DNA of 64,000 nucleotides from Picochlorum sp. SENEW3 (lineage: Eukaryota). This document shows positions 35,921 through 47,034 of this stretch, one piece after another (position 1 is the stretch's first letter; each line of letters starts with the position of its first letter). The position numbers were made by a program, and so were the translations under genes. Under the pieces are notes generated by a model. It made no database searches, had not been told where the DNA came from, and saw nothing but the letters and a program-made list of their open reading frames with translations. The DNA lies in the NCBI GenBank assembly GCA_034226945.1, contig CP120456.1, positions 310,001-374,000 on the forward strand, in the 5' to 3' direction.

Positions 35921-36488
35921 TTACTTCTTTCCAGGATTCTTCTTCAACTTGACACCCAACACTCGCGACAATTTTGACAAAATCTGTGGATTTGGAATTG
36001 CCTTTCCACTCTCATATTCATTAATAACCTGGGGCTTTTCATTAATAGCCTGTGCCACCTGTGCCTGCGTCATCTTCTTCGCCAGACGAGCCTGCTGAAT
36101 CTGTTTCTTCAGCTCTGAACTCACTGTCTCATGCTGAAACACTTCCGTCTCATTCTCCAGCTTTTGCAGATTCTTTGTCGGGCCATGGGCCGCATTCTTA
36201 TTGGCTCCTGCATTCATCTTGCGAGAGGTTTCTACGCCAGCTCCTGCATCACACACCAATATATACAAGTAATGAGTCTATGGAGTACTCGTGCCGTCAA
36301 CATGCGCGTCGTGCTGTGTGTTGGTTCGCGAAAGAACGGGGGAACGCGTGATCACCATCAGAAATCAGCGTGGTATACATACCTGATCGTATAGCTGCAT
36401 TAACAGCTGCTGAAGACGTCTTTTGCGACGTCGTTTGTGGCTTTTTGCGAAGGACCACTTGATCCCAATCCTGACCTGCCAAATTCAT
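35921..36488 (-). CDS. MBF1: Multiprotein bridging factor 1
   Basis: QDWDQVVLRKK; intron 36244-36382; IQQARLAKKMTQAQVAQAINEKPQVINEYESGKAIPN HTH. Confidence 0.95.
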
Positions 36489-36820
36489 CCTTGACTATGT
36501 TTTTACCAGACGCGACGAGGAAAAGATACTGTTGGTTGTAGGTATTATTATTAACTCGTAATACAATAGAATACTATGTAATGACAAATATACAGGACTG
36601 GACCCGGGAATGAGACGTTTATCCCTCTGGTCAAGACATGAGAGCGCCCTGGTGCCCACGGCATCATGATGACCATATGAATCATCAGTTGCACATTGTT
36701 GTATTTTATATACTTTGAACCTCCAGACCTTTTTTTGGGTGTCAAAACCCTTTGACGACACGTCCTACGGAGAAAAAAAACCTCCCTCTGGAAAAAAAAA
36801 ACAAACCAAGGTAATACACT

Positions 36821-38068
36821 ATGAATGTCCGTGTTGATGTTTCGGTTCCTCCAAGTGGATCTCGCCTTGGACACGAACAGAAAAAAATTAGACTAGACCT
36901 ACATGTGGCGCCTGATAGCAGAACGACCAAAGAAGTCACAGTGTCCTCTCTGTGTCAGAGTTTGGAAGAGGCTCTTCCAGATATCCATGCCTATCGATGT
37001 AGATTGATTCACTCGGGACGATTGATACCGTTATGGTCGGGTCAGCAGAATGATAGTACAAAGTTGAAAGATTATGGTATACACAATGGCTCTGTGTTGA
37101 AATTAATGCTGAGTCCAAAGTCTGCCATTGATGTGGTCAACTCGATGAAGGAGTTGCCTCGCATGCCAGATGTGGAGTATGAAAAGGAGAGAGAGAGGAG
37201 AAGGCGAGCAGATCATCCAACGTCGACACAGATATCTCAATTTGTGGGTAGTATTGAGCCATGGGACTGTCCCAAGAATGCCTATCCAGATCAAAATGAA
37301 GCAAGAAAGTTGCTCAGAGCTGTTGCCAATGATGCTGCCATTGTTCACATCATGTCCAAGCATCGCTGGAGGATTGGCATCCTCTCAGAAATGCCTCCCA
37401 TGGGGCGTGTCGGAATCTCCCCCGTGTGTCTTCTAGGGTGTAATATAAACCAAGGTCAGGAGATTACCCTGAGACTTCGGACGGATGATATGAAGGGTTT
37501 CCGCAAGTTTGACATGATTCGCAAAACCATGATCCATGAGCTTGCTCACATGGTGTACTCGGAGCATGATGATGATTTCAAAAAGCTCAACAGCAGACTG
37601 AATAGAGAGGCGCAAGAAATATTGTCAAGAAAGGGGCATACTCTCACAGGTGTAGAGGTGTATTCACCCCAGAAAGACGACAGCACGCCAGGCCCACATC
37701 GCTTTGCCAAGGACGACTGGGCCAGGCGGTATGATGGTGATGCCACGGCAGCAGCAAGACACGCTGCTCTGCATAGACACGGCGCAGCCCGGTTTTCAAA
37801 AGGCGACAAGGTTCGATATTTCAACAAGCGAAACAACACATGGCAAGATGCAAAAATCCTAGCCATAGATTACTCTGTCCAACCTCCATCCTATGGCATT
37901 GAAATCTATGAGCATGGGGAGGTCCATCAACGAGAAACGGAAGAATCCCGCCTCGACACAGTACCTATGGGAGGAGGCGAGGCTCAAGAGGACTCAATTC
38001 GAGGCTTGGGGCATCAAGATGCCACCACTCGAGCTCTTGAACACCAAGTGTCAGGAACGCTGGAATAG
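36821..38068 (+). CDS. Ubiquitin-like + WLM (Wss1-like) metalloprotease with C-terminal SH3/Tudor-like barrel
   Basis: RLIHSGR..LKDYGIHNGSVLKLM (UBL); LLGCNINQGQEITLRLRTDD..TMIHELAH..HDDDF (WLM). Confidence 0.82.
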   Translation: MNVRVDVSVPPSGSRLGHEQKKIRLDLHVAPDSRTTKEVTVSSLCQSLEEALPDIHAYRCRLIHSGRLIPLWSGQQNDSTKLKDYGIHNGSVLKLMLSPKSAIDVVNSMKELPRMPDVEYEKERERRRRADHPTSTQISQFVGSIEPWDCPKNAYPDQNEARKLLRAVANDAAIVHIMSKHRWRIGILSEMPPMGRVGISPVCLLGCNINQGQEITLRLRTDDMKGFRKFDMIRKTMIHELAHMVYSEHDDDFKKLNSRLNREAQEILSRKGHTLTGVEVYSPQKDDSTPGPHRFAKDDWARRYDGDATAAARHAALHRHGAARFSKGDKVRYFNKRNNTWQDAKILAIDYSVQPPSYGIEIYEHGEVHQRETEESRLDTVPMGGGEAQEDSIRGLGHQDATTRALEHQVSGTLE

Positions 38069-38259
38069 CATCCGGTCAAGTCATCTCTTCGATGGGACCA
38101 TACATGCCTTGCATAAAAGATGGAGCAAGATTTCCTATCGGTCGTGATCATCATCATCCGCTCTTCATGAGGGATTCAGATCATACTCCTCCCGCAACCT
38201 TTCATCCCCAAACTACTTTATAATTGATATTTTGTCATCAGATTCCGCTGGGCTGTACC

Positions 38260-39098
38260 ATGAACGCGCTCACGTGTAACACCAAACCAAGTGTCACAGG
38301 AAGACTCGCCTCATCCAGAGCGCGTACAGTCTGCAAGGCTCAGCCTAAACAATACATCCTTTCAGATGTTATTGATGGAGTGAAACAGGCTGCGTTGATC
38401 GCCACTGCTGCCGGGGCACTGTCATTGGTACGTTCATGTCATGATTCTTTCAGACTGTCCTCATACCATACCATGTCTCATATATGCATGTATAGGCACA
38501 AACCGATGCTGTCTTCGCAGTCGCAAAGCAGAACACAGCCTACGAAGAGCAGCTCTTGTCAGCGATCAAGTCTCGTACAGGAAAGGACGACGTCCTTCCA
38601 TCTTTGACAGCAAGTCCAAAGGTTGAGGCTCCAAAGGAGACCAAGAAGGTAGAGACACCGGCTCCAGTCCCACAAAAGCCTGTTGCGGAGACCCCACGGC
38701 CATCTATTGATGGAAAGGAGGCACCAACAAATGCTCCAATTATCAAGGGTTTTGATGCTGCTCCAGCAGCCCCTGCTCCACAGAAAGCATCCGCTCCAGC
38801 AGCAAAGGCTGTCGAGTCTGAAGGTTCAGGTATGTTTTATGTTTTTGATGCATCAGATGCATTGAGGCATGCCATCACATGTGAATTCTCTGCAGATAAT
38901 AAGAATGCAATTGTTCTTGGAGGCATTGTTCTGGTTGCCGTGGCTGGCGTGGCTGCCGCTGGTGGAGGAAACAGTGAGGAGGGGTCTTCTCCAGCAGCAG
39001 CACCGGCTCCTGGGGGAAGCAGCTCTGACGTGCCACCAAATGTGGCTGAAGCCAGGGCATGGATTGCTGCATGGAAAAAGAAGCATGGAAAAGCCTGA
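38260..39098 (+). CDS. Putative thylakoid single-pass membrane protein, Pro/Ala-rich
   Basis: Bipartite transit/lumenal-type signal ending AVFA; introns 38428-38495 and 38830-38895; TM AIVLGGIVLVAVAGVAAA; terminal VAEARAWIAAWK. Confidence 0.7.
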
Positions 39099-39469
39099 GC
39101 AAAATGAAGTAGAAGACGATGATGACTCTGATTATTGCAATGTAATAATAGAATGTTTTTTCTATAGACCGTAGAATAACACAATGCATGGCAATCGTAC
39201 ATGCAACAGGTGGTTTTGGTGCAGTGAATCTGATGACCAAGTGGTCCTGATCTGAGAACCTCAGATGAGCGATATTCGCACATGTACGGTGTCGGCAGAT
39301 TTCGATCGCATAGTCATTTAATGTTGATCTATTTTTTCTCATTTTGTGTAAGAGGGAGTGAACAATCAAGTAATCGCGTTCTTCGGGTCTTTGAACGGGA
39401 CAGGACATTTTTTCTTTATTGTCCATGAGATTGCCTTGCAAGGCAATTGATTGATTGGTTTCGCGCTCA

Positions 39470-41215
39470 ATGAAAATGATGAAAAATGCGCTTAGAAGCA
39501 CTGTTGGAGGGAGGAATGCGGAAATGATGCTTGGTAGAAGAATCTCTACTCGTGGAAGTGGGCAACAGCGGTATAGAGTGCAGGCATTCAACCCGATTCT
39601 TGGTGGTAACCTGCTGAGTATGGCTGATGTGTCGACGAAGATTGGTGATGCTGCTCCATCAGAGGTGTTGGATGCTGGATTGGATATAGGCACTGGGGTG
39701 CCTGATCCCTCTCCAGTGGTGGATGTGCAGAGTCAATTTGCATCGGTAGGTATTACAGAGGCACTGTCAAATATGAATTTGGAGGGTGTGCTGTCGGACG
39801 TTGTGGATCTGGTTCCTTTTGAACCGCTTCAGGGATTTGTGTCCATGGTTGGTCATGATCTTATTGGTCTTGTGACGCTGCACCCATCTGTGTTGGGAGT
39901 GCTACGACTAGTGGGGTTGTATTATTTTGTCTTTGCCCGCCCAAGTCCATTGGCAGCGATTCTTGATTTTTACATTTTTGGACCTGTGAGTAAACTCTTG
40001 GGAGGCAGGTTTTCTGAGAATGATTTTACTCTCAGAGATAGGCTGGGCAATGGCAATTATGGTCAAGGTAGGAATGATTTTTTTTTCTTGGCTCGTCTTG
40101 TGTGTTATTATTGCAAAATACATCATTGCATTAACATTGTATCTACACATGTGTATGCAGTGTATGAGGGTCTGAGAATGGCAAAGAGTGGGGTTCCTGA
40201 TTTGAAGACTCCAGAGTTGACTCCAGAACAGAAATCTCGTAGAGTTGTGCTTAAAAAGACGAATTTAGATGCAGCAGGAATTCGAAGTAATTTCCTGAGT
40301 TCTGGAACAATGGCTCGGGGAGCTGCAGAGACTGGTGCTGTTGAAGATTACATGTGTAGAAGGATTTCTGTCCACCCCATTGTCAAACGATATTGTGCAG
40401 AATATCTTGGAAATTTCATTGCGGAAACATATCAGGGGAATTTTACGGCAGGCTCGCAGTGGTTGATTTGGAGATTTGAATCTGATTCCACCCTTGGGGA
40501 TGCATGTGCCGGGCTCTTGGGCCCTTTTCCTGAATGCCTTGGCCCAATTATATTGGGTGAAAGAAAATCAGATTCTCTCGGAGAGAGTGACCCCGTGAAG
40601 CGCGATGCACTCATCATCAAAGGCGTCATGTATAAGATATTTAAGGCGATGGACAAGATGCACTCCCTTGGCATTGTGCATAGGGATGTCAAACCTGAAA
40701 ATATTCTCATTACAGGGAAAGGGGACCTTAAGATTATCGATTTTGGAGCGGCATGCGATCTCTCTACAGGAATAAATTTCAACCCACTCTATGGAATGCT
40801 TGATCCACGATATGCAGCCCCGGAAGAAGTAGTCATGCCAAAGACATTCCCAAGACCACCTCTTCCTTTCTTGGCATCCCTGTTGGCTCCCCTCGCATGG
40901 ACATATGGTAGACCGGATTTGTTTGATACGTATAGCGCAGGAGTAACTATGGTGCAGATGGCTGTGCCGCAGCTCAGAACCAAACAGGGACAGAGCGGAT
41001 TTAATAAAGCGCTGGCTGCATGTGACTATGACTTGGCCCGCTGGAGAGCCGTGTCTCCATCCGCACAGCGATGTGATTTTGAAATATTAGACCGACAAGG
41101 AGGAGCTGGTTGGGACTTATGCTGCAGCCTTGTGAAAGAGAGGAATAGTCTGAACAGAGGACGGCTGTCTGCGTCCCAGGCACTTAGACATAAGTACTTT
41201 TTGCCTGAATTTTAA
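39470..41215 (+). CDS. STN8: Thylakoid Ser/Thr kinase, STN8/STL1-like
   Basis: ARPSPL..LDFYIFGP, LGNGNYGQ|VY across in-frame intron 40068-40160, QWLIWRFE, HRDVKPEN, IDFGAACDL, PDLFDTYSAG, RGRLSASQALRHKYF. Confidence 0.85.
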   Translation: MKMMKNALRSTVGGRNAEMMLGRRISTRGSGQQRYRVQAFNPILGGNLLSMADVSTKIGDAAPSEVLDAGLDIGTGVPDPSPVVDVQSQFASVGITEALSNMNLEGVLSDVVDLVPFEPLQGFVSMVGHDLIGLVTLHPSVLGVLRLVGLYYFVFARPSPLAAILDFYIFGPVSKLLGGRFSENDFTLRDRLGNGNYGQGRNDFFFLARLVCYYCKIHHCINIVSTHVYAVYEGLRMAKSGVPDLKTPELTPEQKSRRVVLKKTNLDAAGIRSNFLSSGTMARGAAETGAVEDYMCRRISVHPIVKRYCAEYLGNFIAETYQGNFTAGSQWLIWRFESDSTLGDACAGLLGPFPECLGPIILGERKSDSLGESDPVKRDALIIKGVMYKIFKAMDKMHSLGIVHRDVKPENILITGKGDLKIIDFGAACDLSTGINFNPLYGMLDPRYAAPEEVVMPKTFPRPPLPFLASLLAPLAWTYGRPDLFDTYSAGVTMVQMAVPQLRTKQGQSGFNKALAACDYDLARWRAVSPSAQRCDFEILDRQGGAGWDLCCSLVKERNSLNRGRLSASQALRHKYFLPEF

Positions 41216-41482
41216 CCACACATGTTCATTCATAGTTTCATACATTCTACGGTATTGTAACAAGGTATCGTCCTTTTTTTCATGTATGTATTGCTGTACG
41301 TCCCTGAAGGAAGAAGACAAATTGGCGTTATCAATCCCATACGCATATCTGACTCGAGCATGACTTTGTTCATCATGCGAGACTCTATGAATCAACTCGC
41401 ATGCGACCAAGTACACTGCTTTCCATTCTATTATATTTGATTGTATTTAATTAGACCTGCATTGTACCTATATTACTCACAT

Positions 41483-41923
41483 ATGGCTTCCTTCCTCTCT
41501 CTCGCTGTTGTAGTGGTTCTCACGCTCGCGCTGCAGACTGCCCGAGTTCTCGCACAAAGCGGGTATGTCGTCCGTGGAAATGCTCGAGTTATCAATGGAA
41601 ACACTGTAGTCGTTGGTGGAACCGAGATCACTTTGTCAGGAGTGGAACTTGTGGACGACTTTTCGTCGCAGGCAAGCAAGGCCCTCAAGAGGAGAATCAG
41701 CAAGAGCAAAAAGTCTGTTGGATGCATGGTCGACGGAAACTGGTCTGGTAAAAATTGGGCCTACTGCGGGGATCCAAACAAGAAGTCATCTCGTGACATT
41801 AAAAAGACTTTGAATGCCTGGATGGTTCGTTCCGGAAATGCCAAATCTGACAAGAGCTGGGGTCTGTTTGACGCTGAAGAGAGGCGGGCCAAGCGCAAGG
41901 GCAAAGGACTGTGGAAGAACTAA
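41483..41923 (+). CDS. Secreted SNase/thermonuclease-fold protein with degenerate active site
   Basis: Signal peptide; ARVINGNTVVVGGTEITLSGVE, LNAWMVRSGNA, EERRAKRKGKGLWK. Confidence 0.7.
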   Translation: MASFLSLAVVVVLTLALQTARVLAQSGYVVRGNARVINGNTVVVGGTEITLSGVELVDDFSSQASKALKRRISKSKKSVGCMVDGNWSGKNWAYCGDPNKKSSRDIKKTLNAWMVRSGNAKSDKSWGLFDAEERRAKRKGKGLWKN

Positions 41924-42178
41924 TCATTTACAAGCATTCTTTTGTTGCATATAGATCATGTAAAGTTGTTTTTTGTATCAGACATGGTACCAAGTATCAA
42001 GAATGTTACCCCATGAGGGGTCCTATGTTGAAACTGCTCTCACCCCCGAACGCTGCACATGTACAGTGGCAACACGGGATGGCGTTGGAAGAGCCGAGAT
42101 TGGCATATGTGTATTGGCAGATACTTTACAGCAGCGCATAATTTCTTGTCATGTTCTTTTCATTTATGTCTGTTGAAA

Positions 42179-44765
42179 ATGATCGAAATACGCTACTTTT
42201 GTAGCATATCATGGGTTGTGCTGCTCTTCCTGAGCACGTATTCGTATCAGGTTCTGGGTGTGCCAGTCCATAAAATCACGACATCTGGGCCCTCGTGTAG
42301 TGTTCCAAGCCCACCAGCGACTCTGACTGATATAGAATGTGCACCTAATACAACTGCAACGCTAGCAGATGCGAGAGCTCTCGCCTGGAAGTATGCCCCG
42401 GTTTTGAAGTTCCACCCTTTGGAACCGTATCATTTACAGGTGCGTTTACGATGGCATTCATGAGGATAATATAGTTTTGAGGATCCATTGATATTGAATG
42501 CAGGATATGGATGTATGGTACAATGCATCGACCATATTTTTGACGGATTTCAAACCGTACCCAAACTCGACCTACAACTATATCCTGGCGAATATGACCA
42601 ATGAAGCATTGTTGGGCCCGAAGACGTTTGCATCGATCCTGAATTCGACAAAATTGACTCAAGAGGAGCGAGATGCGATTCTTGTAGGGGCGCCTTTCGA
42701 TGCAGATGGAAGAAGCACTGGGAAAATCTTTTACACAGTGACCGACTACTCCGATTCTCTCTGGTTGTACAACTTCAATCTATTCTACTCATGGAATGGG
42801 TGCTCAAATCAGGCAGTGGCTCTAAGCTTTAATGGAACCGAAGATGTGCAGCAATATCTCATGTGTCCCACAGGAGTGCATGAAGGTGACTTGGAAAGGA
42901 TGTCCATGCTTGTGTGCAAAAGCGATCAGAAAATCAAGCAAATTGCCTACTCACAGCATGCATGGACAGAGGTTCGCGACTGTCAGCAGGATGGGCAATG
43001 TTTATTTGATGAGAAAACTGGGAATCCAATATCATATGTTGCATTAGAGGGACATGGAAATTATCCAGAGAACAGTCAATTCCATGTCTACTACTACCAA
43101 GGAAGTTCCATTCAAGGACGGGGTGGATTTGATAATATTGGCGGTATATATATTGGGGATAGAACAGGAGATGACGTGAACAAGACATTTATTCCCACGC
43201 AGAATAATATAGTGTATATTCCTCCGAGTTGGGCAATCATGGAAGGATATGATGGTGTGGTCTATGATGAGTGGGAATGGGCAGTGTATCCAGGTAATTG
43301 GGGTGCACCTCTACGAAGCGCACCACTCACGATCTTCTGCTTCAACAATAATGCAACACAGTATGTAGAGTGCAACAATAACTCAACAACTATTGAGGCT
43401 ATCAAAACTATTGCTGATGTGCTGGGACTTTCCAACACTATTGATGGCCAAGAAGGCATTGGCAGCTTTGCTATTCAGACCGTCTCAAATACTTCAAGAG
43501 TTGGATACCCTGATATAACTGGGCCTCTATTTAGAGCATTTACATACCAATTTGTGGGTTCAGCATCTGCTCCAATCTTGTCGGATAATATTACAGAGTT
43601 AGTTTGCCCAAATGACCAGGTCACTCTTGGCACAATCCCACAGGATGCCCAGTTGAATGCCAGTGTTGACACGCTCATTTCCTATTTAGTTGGTATTACG
43701 ATCGGGACATTTGTGTTCTCAATTGTACTAATCATTTTGTTGGCGTTGCCTCTTATTTTAGACAAGACATCAGGGCTGCGACAGCTCGCTACCACGCAGG
43801 CCAACAAATTGATCTTCTCATCTGGCGATTGTAGTGACAAATCAGGTCGGGATCCCAAGCCTGATGGCACCATGACACAAGCAAAGGATGAATTAGCAAA
43901 TAATTCATTGTCTGGAGCAGCATCCACAGTTTCCTCAAAAAGCTCGCTGTACATCACTGTCAACCCTGTTCTATCACCAAATCAACTCAGGAGACTGGTT
44001 GTATGGGGATTTTTCGCAACAGCTCTCTTCATTGGAGGCATCGTCGTCTTATCCATTGGATTAAGCGCCATGTTCAACAACTCAGTGCTGACGGTGGCAG
44101 CGGATACTTTGCGACAGAGTTCCCTCGTGACGACGTTAAACTGGCTGACGACAGGTGTTCTGATCTTTGTCTTGGTCTGCGATGTGGTAATGTTTACCCT
44201 CATCTTTCTCTTCAATGAAAAAGTGATTCAATTTGGAAAAGTACGTATTCCAAATCCAATAGGAGGTGTCACGTGGATCATGAGTAAAGGATATACGATT
44301 TTATCTTTCATGATTGGTGTCATTGCCCTCATCATTGCCCTTTCTGCAGTGTTATTTGGCTTGGGGCTTTTCATTTCCATCATTCAATTGACAGCCAGGA
44401 TTGCCTGCAATACCCTGTTCAATACAAGTATTTTGGGACAAAGTCTTTCATCGGTATGCATCGAAATTGATGCCATCAATCTCAAGGTTTGTGGATGGGA
44501 AGCCCTTGAGACATGTGCCAGTGTGACAACCATGACTGTCCGTCTCATCATGGTCGGCGCCATGCTCATTCTTTGGTGCCATCTGGTATGGATGATCATC
44601 TTACTGGATTCCTTGGAAACATTCAGATCCCACCAAATCCGATTATCAAAGTGGAAGAAGGATGCATGTATCGGTGGCGATAGTGATGAATCAATTGATG
44701 ATCAACAACCTGATCAGAGCAGCAATCATTCACTCCCAACTCAAGACAATGCCATGGAACCATGA
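42179..44765 (+). CDS. Vps62-related domain protein with multi-pass TM C-terminus
   Basis: Signal peptide; KYAPVLKFHPLEPY, LFYSWNG, HEGDLE, YSQH, SYVALEGHGNY, YPGNWG; about five hydrophobic segments. Intron 42440-42503. Confidence 0.68.
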
Positions 44766-45036
44766 CGATCTCACTTTATGTTGTCCATATAGAAAACTAT
44801 TCTAGATAGATATTCTCATCCTGTAATCAATCAATCCACTGATTCCGAAAGTAGAAGGAGCCCGTGGCATCCTTGTCCACAGCAGCTAGCTGTATGCACA
44901 TTTCAGAATTTTAGACTCTTGGAATTAAAAAATTTTCCTCCATCTTGTACTCATGACGACTCTATTCTCGTGCCATTCATAAAGCATATCATCCTTCTGA
45001 TATGTATTGTCTTTCAAGGAGACAAAAGGAAGGATT

Positions 45037-46887
45037 ATGACGACGGAGGATGACTTTGTCGCACTGTACAGTGCACCTGAGGGAGGCTCTGATAAAAAAG
45101 CGTCAAAGCCCGTCGGTGCGACAATACAGTTGAAAGACACTGAAGATGATGAAGATCTATTTCGACAATTATATGGGGATTCGCTCCCAGAGGAGCAGGA
45201 GGAGGAGGAGGCTGAAAAGATTTCAGAAGAAACGAATGACGTGAAAACGAATATTGTTCTGCACCGTACGTTGGGAATTCTCAATATATGACTTTGATAA
45301 ATAAAAATTCTGATGATATATGCTGTATGCAGCTCCGCAAATTCCAGATATTCTGACCATGGCTGAAGAGGAGGAAGAAGAGAGGAAGGAGGAGGCACAC
45401 GACACGGTTCCTACCAGCAAAGATGAGGATGAAGGCGATTCAGAAGAGTCTTCTTCGGATGAAGATGATCTCATGATCAACTTGGATGAAAATGCGACGG
45501 ATTATGAGCCGAGTCAGTCCAAGTTTCAAAAGTCATTTCAGCCACCAGGGTTGGGTGGGGTGTCTCAAGATGCAGGTTCGTCCATCCCCGGTCTCGGTGG
45601 AGCTACTGCCCGAGTCGCTATTGGAGGAATTCCACGAAGTGCTATACCAGGTTTGGCAGTGTCGTTTGCGGCTGCTGCGCAGCACCAAGCAGCACCTCGA
45701 GATCCCCGCAAAGGCGATCAGCAAAGTGTCCAGCCCATGTCCTTTCGGATGGAGGATGCAGTATTTCCGTCTGAGTGGAAGCCTGGGTTACCCCTAAAGC
45801 TACCTGGTCAGACACGAGTGAGTCCTGAGGAGTACAAGGAGTTTTTGTCTCTCGGGCATGGTGAGATTTTCAGTATTGATTTGGATTCTGTTATTGATGC
45901 TCCATGGAGGATTCCTGGAACTGATCCTAGCGACTTTTTCAACTATGGAATGACCGTAAATGACTGGAAAGCGTATCAGGATCGTGTGAAGCGTTTTAGA
46001 CTGGAATTTACGATGAAGGGACAGATTCAAACGTTTGATCAGTCTCAGGCCGCAGATGCCTGGCAGCTGGGATTGCTTCCCATGGAGGAGGATGATGGTA
46101 AAGATAAATCGCTGCAAGCGTCAATGCTGGATGCTAGGGATGAAAGTTATGAGGCTTTTGTGACGAGCGAACGTCCAGAGGTATGTTTGCGTTTTTGATC
46201 TTGGTGATACCAGGAATGCTAATGATTTGCTTGTTCATTATCTTTGACTTTTATCTATTGCTATTGTAGAGAGTGTGCTGGCAGAGGTTTGGGTCTCCTT
46301 GGGATCATACGATAGTGCTGACTGGTCATGAATTGGACTTTGGTGATGGCCCCAACAAGCCAGGAGGATTCAATCCGAGCATGGCAAAACCCAAGCCAGG
46401 TGGTATGAGGCCACACTTTTCTGGCCCTCGACCAGGATTTCAGCAGCCTCCTCCACCAGGGAGAGGTGGTCCTCCACCTCCTCCTGGAATGGGCATGAGA
46501 CCTCCGCCGCCACAGTTTATGGGAATGCAGCAACGCCAAACCCCCAAGTTGGGGCTTGGAATGGATTCTGATGAATCGAGAGGAGGGGGGCGCGGTAGGG
46601 GCCGTGGACGAGGTAGAAGGGGTGGTAGAGGCGGAAGTGAATATAATCATAATGGACATGAAGGTAGTAGAGATGACAGATATGCACGGAGTGTGTCTCC
46701 TCAGCGACATAGCTCTGGTCACGGCTCAAGAGATAGGTATAGTGAACGGGACTATAGAAGGGACGATAGAAGAAGAGATGATCGAAGAGATTACAGGCGC
46801 AGAAGAGATCGTGAGGATCGGGATCGAAGGGATTATGATAGAAGACATCGAAGTAGGTCTCCTCCGCGGGAGAGGAGACGACGCTGA
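45037..46887 (+). CDS. FIP1: Pre-mRNA 3'-end processing factor FIP1
   Basis: Fip1 motif IDLD..PWRIPGTDPSDFFNYGMTVNDWKAY, acidic N-terminus, RD/RS-rich C-terminus. Introns 45266-45332 and 46181-46269. Confidence 0.88.
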
Positions 46888-47034
46888 TAGGTATTGTGCA
46901 TGACTCTTTGCTGTAGCTACAGGCTATGTCCCAGCATTGTGCTGGTTTATATAGGTTGAGGAAAATGTCAGCTTTCTACTTACATAGTCACATCGATTCT
47001 TGTGTTGCTCGTACCTATTCAATTAGAAAAATCT

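Noticed and set aside
40068..40160. Apparent insertion in the STN8 kinase glycine loop (similar cases at 421-489 and 38830-38895)
   Set aside because: These are stop-free GT-AG introns of 3n length read through by the ORF track, not protein insertions.
46690..46887. Purine-rich repetitive tract
   Set aside because: Explained by the RD/RS-rich tail of FIP1.
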